Under the pieces are notes generated by a model. It searched no databases. It was not told the origin of the DNA and saw only the letters and a list, made by a program, of their open reading frames with translations. Positions 8,607 to 16,494 of a stretch of DNA of 64,000 nucleotides are shown here, in pieces. Within the stretch, counting starts at the first letter, position 1; every line of letters begins with the position of its first letter. Origin of the DNA: Candidatus Omnitrophota bacterium (lineage in GTDB: Bacteria; Omnitrophota; Gorgyraeia; 1-14-0-20-64-10). The stretch lies in contig JACOVG010000011.1 in the NCBI GenBank assembly GCA_016177405.1, positions 7,910-71,909 on the forward strand, written 5' to 3'. Made by a program: the position numbers and the translations under genes.

Positions 8607-11600
8607 TTAGGCGAAGCGAGCTCTGAGGATCTCCCAGGCGATCTCTTCGGTGATGAAGCGCATCTCGGTGAAGTAATCGGTCACATCAAGCAGGATGTGT
8701 TTTCCGGAAGAGACCGACCGATTGCTCTCTCTCCAAACCGCAAGAACTTGGGTAGCAAGGAGAGGCAACAACTTGAAGGGGATCGGGCTATCGACACGAT
8801 CCTCCGGTCGCACCGCGTAAACGGTGTCTGAATCCGCAGGCTCCGAAGCTGCGGGTGGCCCCGCCATCAACTTAACAATCCGATAGTCGGATTCTCTGTA
8901 ATGGCTTTCCTGATCGTCTGAAAGCAGATCGACCGCCACCACGGGAAACTTCCCAAGCCCAGTAAGGTTCTGGCCAATCGATTTGAGATGCTCGCCGAGA
9001 TGGGTAATCCCGCTTTTCATCAAAGAGGAATCAACGAGAAGGGCGATTCGGGTTCTATCTTTTGTAATCTCCTCTACCGAGTTACCTGCTCGATCCACCA
9101 CGGCCTTTGCTGCGTTACGCTCCTGCCCTGTCAGCACCTCCTCATAATAGCCCCCTAACAATCCCCCTTCTATGATGGGCGGCTCCTCCTTCCCCTCCTC
9201 CAGCCCGCCAGCGGGGCCCTCCGCCGCAACAGCGGCCTCCTCTGGCAGAAGCAGGAATCCACCCACCAGATCCTCGCGGCTGTATTGCTTCTCGAACGCG
9301 CCATCCGCCGGGGTGATCTGCTCTGCGAACTTCAAAAAGGCACTGCCATTGTCTCCCAGCGCGGCCACTTGAAAATGCTGCCCGGTTTCTCGGCCAATCA
9401 GAACGTCCCCCACCTGAAGGGCGGTAGCGGCATCAATGAACCGCGCCCCTTCCGGGGCGCTCACCGCCTTCCCCTCCTCCAGCCCAGCGAAGGAGTCTTC
9501 GCCCCCAATATGATCCCCGGGTCCAAAGCTTTCCTCCGAAACCACCTCTTCTTCATCGCCCCCAGCAGGCCCCGCGTGAACTGGAATGGATTGTTCGGCA
9601 GAGAGCTTCCGTGTTCTGTGAGGGCGGCTAAGCCTCTGGATTAAGTCCGTTGTTTCGTCCCATTTTTCCCACGCGGCATCTCCCAGTGGATTAAACCAAT
9701 CAAGCCGCCCGGGACGAGGGGGCAATTTAAACATTCCTAGGGTGGCTTCAGCGTCCCGGAGAAAACCGGAACGAGCTTGGAATTGGGCGATCTCGCAGTA
9801 AGCCCTGACTTTTCCACCGTCAGTTGCTTCGCTTCCGTTCACAATTCCCCTTGCCTTTTCGAACGTCTGCTCGGCCAATGTTTTCTTTTTTAACCCAGCA
9901 GAAGCAAACCCCCCGCCGACTTCCCCAAGTATCTGCGCGACACAGAAAACGGTATCATCGGTAAGGCGATCCATGTCCCAAGGCAGCGTGTATCCCTTCC
10001 GGAGGAAACCCACTTTCTTTAATTCTCCAATCAAGAGCTCAAGGAACGATCTGTCATTGATAGGGTATTGGTAGTTGCGCCCCAGCTTGCCAAGCGCTTG
10101 ACCAAAGGTACCGATGGCTTCTGCCTCCAAACCCCTCTCTGCCTGCCTTCCAGCCACATAGGCCATGGCTTCAATTTTATCGCCAACGGCGTCCCGCCCG
10201 ATGAAACCTTCAGCTTCTCGAAGGGCGTCATTGAACCTTCCTTTGTCCGCGTACTTTATGACGTCAGCCATTCGAAGCTTATTCGCCTCACGCTGCTTTT
10301 CCACTATCCCCCAGTCCTCCTCCAGGCCGGAGTACCGCCTAAAAGCTTGCGCTCCGTCGTGCCACTCACGAACCGCATCTTCAGCCCGTGCGGCGTCCCA
10401 ACCTCTTTCAAGCATGAGATCACGTACTCGGGACGAAAGTCCCGCTTGGGTTGCGGGGTCGAGGCCAACGTAGGCTGCAATCCCAGTCCTGTCATCGTTG
10501 GAGCGAACTCGCCTTTCGGACTCCGTTTGATGAGGCCCGCTTTCTTCGAGAAGCTCTCTCTTCCGCGCCTGCTCTTCTTCCCTCATCGCTTCGCGAACAC
10601 GGTTCGCAAAAGTGGGAGCTTTTTCTGTCCCCTCGGGCGACTTGGATAATTTAAGCTGGCTGGCGGTGGCGAGCAAAACGGAACCTGTATCTTCTACCGA
10701 GACGCTCTCTTTTAAGCCAAGGGGCTTGAGGTTGACAAACCAACGATCGTTCGTGCCAAGAAAGAAATCGCCCGTCTCTTTCTCCCAGCCCTCAAAGGTT
10801 CCTATGACGACCCGGCCCTCTTGAATCGCCAGAATGAGGTCACCTTGCGCAAGTTCCTCCGTGTCAAGACTAGAAACATACACGGCACCAAGCCTTCCTA
10901 AAACATACCGGATAAAGTCTTGTTCAAGCTCCCCGACACCCAAGATTCTCCGGGCCCCGGCTTGATCGCCAATGGCCACCGTCTTCTTAAGGTCAGCAAG
11001 GACCTGGGCCGGAAGCTTCGGCTGCCTCTCCTCCAGCCCGGCGGCGGGGGGGAAAAATTGGGCGCCATTCAAGGATGATCTCTCAATGGGGTGCTCCTGG
11101 CCTTCTCGATCTACGAGCACAACGGGCTGAGCTAAGCGTCCAGTCAGCCCAAGATGGTGAGTGAGCTTAACCCGAAAGCTCCCCTTGAGAGCAGGTGTTG
11201 GATCAACGATAACGGTGTCTGCATACAGAATGGTATTAGACCTGACCCGCTGCTGCCCCTCCTCCTGGAGCGAACCGGAAGATTGGGGCTGAAGGGCATA
11301 GGCATCGCCAGGGAGAAGGACCAACTCTGGAATTGCGCCGGCCGGGAAGAACTGGCTCCAGATGTACAAACCCTTCTCCGAAGCCACAGGAAGATGCTGT
11401 TTAAGAAATGGGGCCAGCGGGCTGCCTATCTGTCCTTCCCCCAAGGGAAGCGCCCTGCCCTCTACCCAAACCTCCAGGCGATAGTCTTGATCGTGCTTGA
11501 CCTTCATCTTCTCCAGTGCCGAGATGGCGCCATAACTGGTTGGAATGATCCCGCGCCGGCGAAGAGCCAGAGAGAGCGCGGCCATGTACTGGTTGTACTG

Positions 11601-14600
11601 CTGCGCGGTAAGATGACCCTCGTCGCGCAAACGAACCAGGTCGTGATGCCATCGTTCCGATTGATCTGGAAGAAGCAGCCCCCGGGCGAGGAGTGTCCTG
11701 GCCTCTACCGACTCTAGGAAACCTGGAAAGCGGGCCTGAATTTTTTCTTTCGGTGGAACGCGTATCTTTCCCAAATAGCCGGCGATGGCGGCAAGGGCTT
11801 TGTATTTGTTGACAACTCCAAGGACGGAGCGGGCAGCGGCAAGGGCTTCGGTGAAGGTGGGCCCTGGATCCAAGCCGGCCGATGCCTGGTGTTCAGCGAT
11901 GGCGACAAGGGCTTTGTATCTGTCGGAAGCTCCATTGATAGAGCGGGCAACAACAAGGGCTTCAGTGAATTGGCCAACCGATGCCTGGTGTTCAGCGATG
12001 GCGACAAGGGCTTCGTAATCGAAGGTACGACTACTAATGGAGCGGGCACCGTCAAGGGCTTCGATGAAGGTGGGCCCTGAATCTAGGCCGGCCGATGCCA
12101 GGTGTTTGGCGATGGCGGCAAGGGCTCTGGATTTGTCAGGTTTGCCATAGTCGGAGTAGCTGGAGACGATGGAGCGGGCGGTGGCAAGGGCTTCGGTGAA
12201 TTGGCCGGCCGATGCCTGGTGTTCAGCGATGGCGGCAAGAGCACTGGATCTGTCAGACTTGCTATAGGCGTCGCTGGGGGCGATGGAGCGGGCGGTAGCA
12301 AGAGCTTTTGTGAATTGGCCGGCCAATGCCTGGTGTTCAGCGATGGCGGCAAGGGCTTTGTGTTTGTCGTTATCTCCACGGATGGAGCGGGTAGCGGCAA
12401 GGGCTTCGGCGAAGGTGGGCCCTGGATCTAGGCCGGCCGATGCCTGGTGTTCGGCGATGACGGCAAGAGCTTCGTATTCGTTAAACTCTCTATTGACAGA
12501 GTAGCTGGGGTTGGTGGAGCGAATGGTGGCAAGGGCTTCAATGAATTGGCCGGCCGATGCCTGGTGTTTGGCGATGGCGGCAAGGGCTTTGGATCTGTCC
12601 CAATTGCCGATGGAGCGGGCAGTGGCAAGGGCTTCGGTGAATTGGCCGACCGATGCCTGGTGTTCAGCGATGGCGGCAAGGGCTTCGGATTTGATGGCAT
12701 CTTCATCTTCTTCAGTGATGGAGCGAGCGACGGCAAGGGCTTCGGTGAAGGTAGGCCCTGGATCTAGGCCGGCCGATGCCTGGTGTTCGGCGATGACGGC
12801 AAGGGCTCTGGATCTGCCAGACTTGCTATAGGCAGAATCGGTGTTGTAGATGGGATCGATGAAGCGGGCAGCGTCAAGGGCTTCGATGAAGGTGGGCCCT
12901 GGATCTAGGCCGGCCGATGCCTGGTGTTCGGCGATGACGGCAAGGGCTCTGGGTCTGTCGGCAGTTTCAGGGATGGAGCGGGCGGTGGCAAGGGCTTCGG
13001 TGAATTGGCCGGCCGATGCCTGGTGTTCGGCGATGGCGGCAAGGGCTTCGTATTCGTCGCCAACTTCACTGATGGAGCGGGCAACGGCAAGAGCTTCGGT
13101 GAAGGTGGGCCCTGGATCCAAGCCAGCCGATGCCTGGTGTTTGGCGATGGTGGCAAGGGTTTCGTATTCGCCAGACTCGCCAGAGGCAAGGTAGTTGGGC
13201 CTGATGGAACGGGCGGTGGCAAGGATTATTGTCCAACGCATATGTGTTATTAATTCCACCTCCTCCAGCCCGGCGGCAGGGCCCTCCGCCGCAACAGCGG
13301 CCTCCCTTGACAGAAGCAGGAATCCACCCACCAGCTCCTCGCGGCTGTACCGCTTCTCGAACGCGCTATCCTCCGGGGTGATCTGCTCTGCGAACTTCAA
13401 AAAGGCACTGCCGTTGTCTCCGAGCGCAATCACTTGAAAATACTGCCGGGTTTCTTGGCCAATCAGAATGTCCCCCACCTGAAGGTCGGTATGGGCATCC
13501 ATGAACCGCGCCCTCTCCGGGGCGCTCACCGCCTTCCCCTCCTCCAGCCCGGCGGCTGGTTTAATAAGGGTAGAAATGTTGTATTTGAAATTTTCTTCAC
13601 CCTCCCCCCTCCAGTCGAGAATAAACTCAACCTGTTCAATCTTAGTTAGTGATTGGAGGGCTGGCGGAATTGTGCGATCCTGCCACGAGCCAGGTCCCCC
13701 AGGGGTAGACTCGGGGTGCTCAAGCAAGGCATGAAAGACACCGATTCGTGCTTTCGGCGCTTCCTTCGCCATCTTTAGAATCCAATTGACAATAGGGCGA
13801 TTCGGACCATCAGCATTAGCATACACAAGAACCTCATTGGCTTTCCCAGACTTCAACAATCTCTCTGCAACATCCCATTCGGCCCGAACTGGAATGAGAC
13901 TTTGCTCCCTGTTGCCAGATTCCTTAACCCATTGCTCATGTGATTTCCAAGCCCATTGGGTGTCTCCCACTAACAGGATAATCCGCGCCTCCTCCAGCCC
14001 GGCGGCCGGGCCTTTGGGCTTGGATTTGGAAAGAGCCCTCCTCAAATCGCCTCCAACCTTCCTCCGCTGTTTCAGCGGCTGTAATCCAAGAAGCCGAACC
14101 ATCCCCTTCCCTAGACTGGCCATCCCTCCACCTAGGCTGGCTGCTCCTTTTAGAGTGGCACGTGCGGGGGAAGTTGTGATCTTTGCCGGCAGTTTAGCAG
14201 CGTGTCGGTCCTTCTCTTCCTCCAGCCCGGTGGTGGGGCGAGCGTTCTCCACGTCAGTCTTATCAAGGACAGCATAACCTTTCTCGAGCACCCCATCCGC
14301 CGTCGCATCTTCCATCGTCATGACCAAGAAGGTAAGGATCCTGTCCCCCGAGAAGCCTGATGGCCAGACAACGATCTTTTCCAACTTAAGAAGAAAGCCA
14401 GGTGATTCCCATTTCCCTTGAGTCTTTTTCTTTTGAAGAATCGCCATGATCCGCGGAAGATTTTGTAGGACATAAGTCAAATCTGAAGAATCCTCCCCGG
14501 CCTGTCTAATGACGGAGCTCCGAACAGCAACGAAAGTTTCCTTGGAAGCGCTACCCCTGTTCAATTTCGGATCCCACCCCAAGAATTCTCTAAGATTCTT

Positions 14601-15548
14601 GGGAACAGTTAGATTCAAAGTAAGTTGGGCCGTCCCAAGCTGCCCTTTCCCTGGCATTTTGGGAGTGGGCTCTACACCTCTTTTACGCAAGGTAGGCTGA
14701 AATCCAGCTGGCCCTATGAAGACCAAATCCACCTCAGCATCTGGTGAGCCAGCCGGCTTCTGAACCGCCTCACCCGACTCGATCGAAATCAGGTTTCCTA
14801 TGAGGGAGGCGACCTCTCCCTCAGAAATCTGCCCCTCCTCCAGCCCGGTGGCGGGGCGGGCTTCAGCAAGGGCGTTAAGACGGGCGCCAAGTCCCTCTAG
14901 GGAAGTCGAATAATCCAACAGCCGGTCCTGACGTCGCAAAAAACCTAACTCGCCAATTAGATCAGCCCTATCATCTGGAAACGCGATGATGGGCGGCAAT
15001 CGCTTTAGATCTTTATCCTCAAGTAAAGTTTTGAGAAACTGCATGGCGCGGCCGTTCATGCTGCCTGGAAACAGGATCACCCCGCCAAAAGAGGTTCCTT
15101 TAAACGCTTCAAGCGGATCCCCTTTGGGCGTCCGCAAAACAACCCCACGCCTGCCGACCAGCCGGTGACCTCCACCAACCAACCATATGTCAACGGCGTC
15201 CTTGAAGCTTACAACGTCAAACTTCTCCGGTTCATCCACCACCACCAGCCATTTCAGACCCTCCTCCAGCCCGGCGGCGAGGTCTTCGAGAGGTTCAGGG
15301 CGGGCGGGAGTTACCGTGGACGCGGTTTGGGGTTGAGCAGGAACAACGAGTTGAGCCAGGCGGCGGATGGCTTGGCCGGGACTCTGGAAGACTTCGTTGA
15401 GCTCTTCGAGGCCCGTGGCCTCGGCGGCTGCCTCCTGGCGGAAGGCCAACGCGGGGCTGGGCGCGGCGAGGGTAAGCGCCAAAAGAAGGGCTGTGAAACG
15501 GCTTGCGGCCTTTATCGGGGAGTTGCGCATTCTCATTGGGCTATACAA
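8607..15548 (-). CDS. Large secreted modular protein (2313 aa) with 11 xxGLEE linker motifs, a duplicated module and a TPR-like repeat array
   Basis: Uninterrupted 6.9 kb ORF; Sec-type signal peptide (RFTALLLALTLAAPSPALA/FR); real start probably ATG 15536 or 15530; visibly lower GC than its flanks. Confidence 0.85.
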   Translation of the reverse strand: MYSPMRMRNSPIKAASRFTALLLALTLAAPSPALAFRQEAAAEATGLEELNEVFQSPGQAIRRLAQLVVPAQPQTASTVTPARPEPLEDLAAGLEEGLKWLVVVDEPEKFDVVSFKDAVDIWLVGGGHRLVGRRGVVLRTPKGDPLEAFKGTSFGGVILFPGSMNGRAMQFLKTLLEDKDLKRLPPIIAFPDDRADLIGELGFLRRQDRLLDYSTSLEGLGARLNALAEARPATGLEEGQISEGEVASLIGNLISIESGEAVQKPAGSPDAEVDLVFIGPAGFQPTLRKRGVEPTPKMPGKGQLGTAQLTLNLTVPKNLREFLGWDPKLNRGSASKETFVAVRSSVIRQAGEDSSDLTYVLQNLPRIMAILQKKKTQGKWESPGFLLKLEKIVVWPSGFSGDRILTFLVMTMEDATADGVLEKGYAVLDKTDVENARPTTGLEEEKDRHAAKLPAKITTSPARATLKGAASLGGGMASLGKGMVRLLGLQPLKQRRKVGGDLRRALSKSKPKGPAAGLEEARIILLVGDTQWAWKSHEQWVKESGNREQSLIPVRAEWDVAERLLKSGKANEVLVYANADGPNRPIVNWILKMAKEAPKARIGVFHALLEHPESTPGGPGSWQDRTIPPALQSLTKIEQVEFILDWRGEGEENFKYNISTLIKPAAGLEEGKAVSAPERARFMDAHTDLQVGDILIGQETRQYFQVIALGDNGSAFLKFAEQITPEDSAFEKRYSREELVGGFLLLSREAAVAAEGPAAGLEEVELITHMRWTIILATARSIRPNYLASGESGEYETLATIAKHQASAGLDPGPTFTEALAVARSISEVGDEYEALAAIAEHQASAGQFTEALATARSIPETADRPRALAVIAEHQASAGLDPGPTFIEALDAARFIDPIYNTDSAYSKSGRSRALAVIAEHQASAGLDPGPTFTEALAVARSITEEDEDAIKSEALAAIAEHQASVGQFTEALATARSIGNWDRSKALAAIAKHQASAGQFIEALATIRSTNPSYSVNREFNEYEALAVIAEHQASAGLDPGPTFAEALAATRSIRGDNDKHKALAAIAEHQALAGQFTKALATARSIAPSDAYSKSDRSSALAAIAEHQASAGQFTEALATARSIVSSYSDYGKPDKSRALAAIAKHLASAGLDSGPTFIEALDGARSISSRTFDYEALVAIAEHQASVGQFTEALVVARSINGASDRYKALVAIAEHQASAGLDPGPTFTEALAAARSVLGVVNKYKALAAIAGYLGKIRVPPKEKIQARFPGFLESVEARTLLARGLLLPDQSERWHHDLVRLRDEGHLTAQQYNQYMAALSLALRRRGIIPTSYGAISALEKMKVKHDQDYRLEVWVEGRALPLGEGQIGSPLAPFLKQHLPVASEKGLYIWSQFFPAGAIPELVLLPGDAYALQPQSSGSLQEEGQQRVRSNTILYADTVIVDPTPALKGSFRVKLTHHLGLTGRLAQPVVLVDREGQEHPIERSSLNGAQFFPPAAGLEERQPKLPAQVLADLKKTVAIGDQAGARRILGVGELEQDFIRYVLGRLGAVYVSSLDTEELAQGDLILAIQEGRVVIGTFEGWEKETGDFFLGTNDRWFVNLKPLGLKESVSVEDTGSVLLATASQLKLSKSPEGTEKAPTFANRVREAMREEEQARKRELLEESGPHQTESERRVRSNDDRTGIAAYVGLDPATQAGLSSRVRDLMLERGWDAARAEDAVREWHDGAQAFRRYSGLEEDWGIVEKQREANKLRMADVIKYADKGRFNDALREAEGFIGRDAVGDKIEAMAYVAGRQAERGLEAEAIGTFGQALGKLGRNYQYPINDRSFLELLIGELKKVGFLRKGYTLPWDMDRLTDDTVFCVAQILGEVGGGFASAGLKKKTLAEQTFEKARGIVNGSEATDGGKVRAYCEIAQFQARSGFLRDAEATLGMFKLPPRPGRLDWFNPLGDAAWEKWDETTDLIQRLSRPHRTRKLSAEQSIPVHAGPAGGDEEEVVSEESFGPGDHIGGEDSFAGLEEGKAVSAPEGARFIDAATALQVGDVLIGRETGQHFQVAALGDNGSAFLKFAEQITPADGAFEKQYSREDLVGGFLLLPEEAAVAAEGPAGGLEEGKEEPPIIEGGLLGGYYEEVLTGQERNAAKAVVDRAGNSVEEITKDRTRIALLVDSSLMKSGITHLGEHLKSIGQNLTGLGKFPVVAVDLLSDDQESHYRESDYRIVKLMAGPPAASEPADSDTVYAVRPEDRVDSPIPFKLLPLLATQVLAVWRESNRSVSSGKHILLDVTDYFTEMRFITEEIAWEILRARFA
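9195..9485 (-). repeat. Duplicated GLEE-bounded module, copy B (93 codons)
   Basis: GKAVSAPEGARFIDA...EGPAGGLEE; 77/93 aa identical to 13260-13550 by manual alignment. Confidence 0.95.
11777..13225 (-). repeat. Intragenic tandem array of 12 TPR-like helical repeats with variable loops
   Basis: ALAxIAEHQASAG(LDPGPT/Q)FTEALAxARSI repeated 12 times, separated by 7-17 aa loops; DNA core gccgatgcctggtgtt recurs. Confidence 0.95.
13260..13550 (-). repeat. Duplicated GLEE-bounded module, copy A (93 codons)
   Basis: GKAVSAPERARFMDA...EGPAAGLEE; paralog of 9195-9485. Confidence 0.95.
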
Positions 15549-15553
15549 GAGGA

Positions 15554-15582
15554 AGTATGGCCTGCCCTTTTTGAAAAGTCAA
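15554..15582 (-). promoter_or_regulatory. Sigma70-like promoter of the large modular gene
   Basis: TTGACT (15582-15577), 17 bp, CATACT (15559-15554), with an AT-rich upstream tract. Confidence 0.6.
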
Positions 15583-15624
15583 GGCTGGAACGAAATTTCT
15601 TCTAAGCTAACTTTTTATTAACAC

Positions 15625-16494
15625 CTAACCCCGCAAGACCCTCTGGAGACGCCCCATCTCCGCCAGGTCGAAGGTTTCGGGGCGGCGGACCGGGTCTATG
15701 CCGGCGGCCCGGAGGCGATCGGCCAGCTCCTGCTTGCCGATGAGATTTCTCGCCCTCGCGGGCTCGAAATGACCGAAAGCCAGAGCATTCAGGAGGGTCT
15801 TGCGGCGGTGGGTGAAGATGAGGCGCACCAGTTTCAGGACGGCCTCCTCTTCCTCGGTCGGAACAACCGGCTTCTCCAGCGGATCAAGCTGGAGGACCGC
15901 CGAGGTCACCTTCGGCTGGGGATAGAAGCAGTTGGGCGGGATCAAGAAGGCGATGGAGGGCTGGAAGGCCACGCCAACCAGCAGGGTGAGGCTGGAATAT
16001 TCCTTGGTGCTTGGCTTGGCCACGATCCGCTGGGCCACCTCTTTCTGGATGGTGAGAACCGCCCGCTTCACCCAGCGCCTCTCCTTCAGCAGATACTCCA
16101 GGATGGGGCTCGTCATCGAGAAGGGGATGTTGCCCACGACCAGCAGCGACTTCTCGATACCGGCGGCGTACGATTCCAGGCCCAGATCAAGGATGTCGGA
16201 CTGGACGATTTTCTTAAGATTCGGACTCTCCTTGAACCGGTCGGTCAGCACCTGAACAAACTTGGCATCCCGTTCGACGGCAAAGAGCTCCGCGCCGGTG
16301 GCCAGCAAGGCCTCGGTGAGCGCCCCCAGCCCCGCTCCGATCTCCAGAATCTTATCCCCGGCGCCAGCCCCGATCGCCAGCGCGATCCGCGCGAGGATCC
16401 TCGGGTCCACCAGGAAGTTCTGCCCCATCCGCCGGGGCGAGATCGCCAGGTGGTACTGCCGGCACAGCTCCTTGATCGCCCTCGAGTTCAACAT
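15625..16494 (-). CDS. rsmA: 16S rRNA m6,2A dimethyltransferase RsmA/KsgA
   Basis: MGQNFLVD, LEIGAGLGALT, VVGNIPF, QKEVAQRI, FYPQPKVTSAV, HRRKTLLNAL. Confidence 0.95.
   Translation of the reverse strand: MLNSRAIKELCRQYHLAISPRRMGQNFLVDPRILARIALAIGAGAGDKILEIGAGLGALTEALLATGAELFAVERDAKFVQVLTDRFKESPNLKKIVQSDILDLGLESYAAGIEKSLLVVGNIPFSMTSPILEYLLKERRWVKRAVLTIQKEVAQRIVAKPSTKEYSSLTLLVGVAFQPSIAFLIPPNCFYPQPKVTSAVLQLDPLEKPVVPTEEEEAVLKLVRLIFTHRRKTLLNALAFGHFEPARARNLIGKQELADRLRAAGIDPVRRPETFDLAEMGRLQRVLRG
15742..15773 (-). repeat. Palindromic element, same family, in frame within rsmA
   Basis: Minus strand gtcatttcgagcccgcgagggcgagaaatctc, translated as GHFEPARARNL. Confidence 0.7.

Noticed and set aside
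11777-13225. Repeat-spacer DNA pattern resembling a CRISPR array
   Set aside because: Units are 75-90 bp, degenerate, always in frame within one long ORF and encode helical repeats; no cas genes in the window.
9195-15272. GGAGG within the GLEE codons as internal ribosome-binding sites or a Chi-like signal
   Set aside because: No consistently spaced start codon follows the motifs, and CTGGAGGAG is a common Leu-Glu-Glu string elsewhere in this window.
8607-15548. Diversity-generating retroelement, intein or integron as the explanation for the modular gene
   Set aside because: No reverse transcriptase or integrase; differences between the duplicated modules are not adenine-specific; no intein Cys...His-Asn termini; no attC-like palindromes noticed at the junctions.
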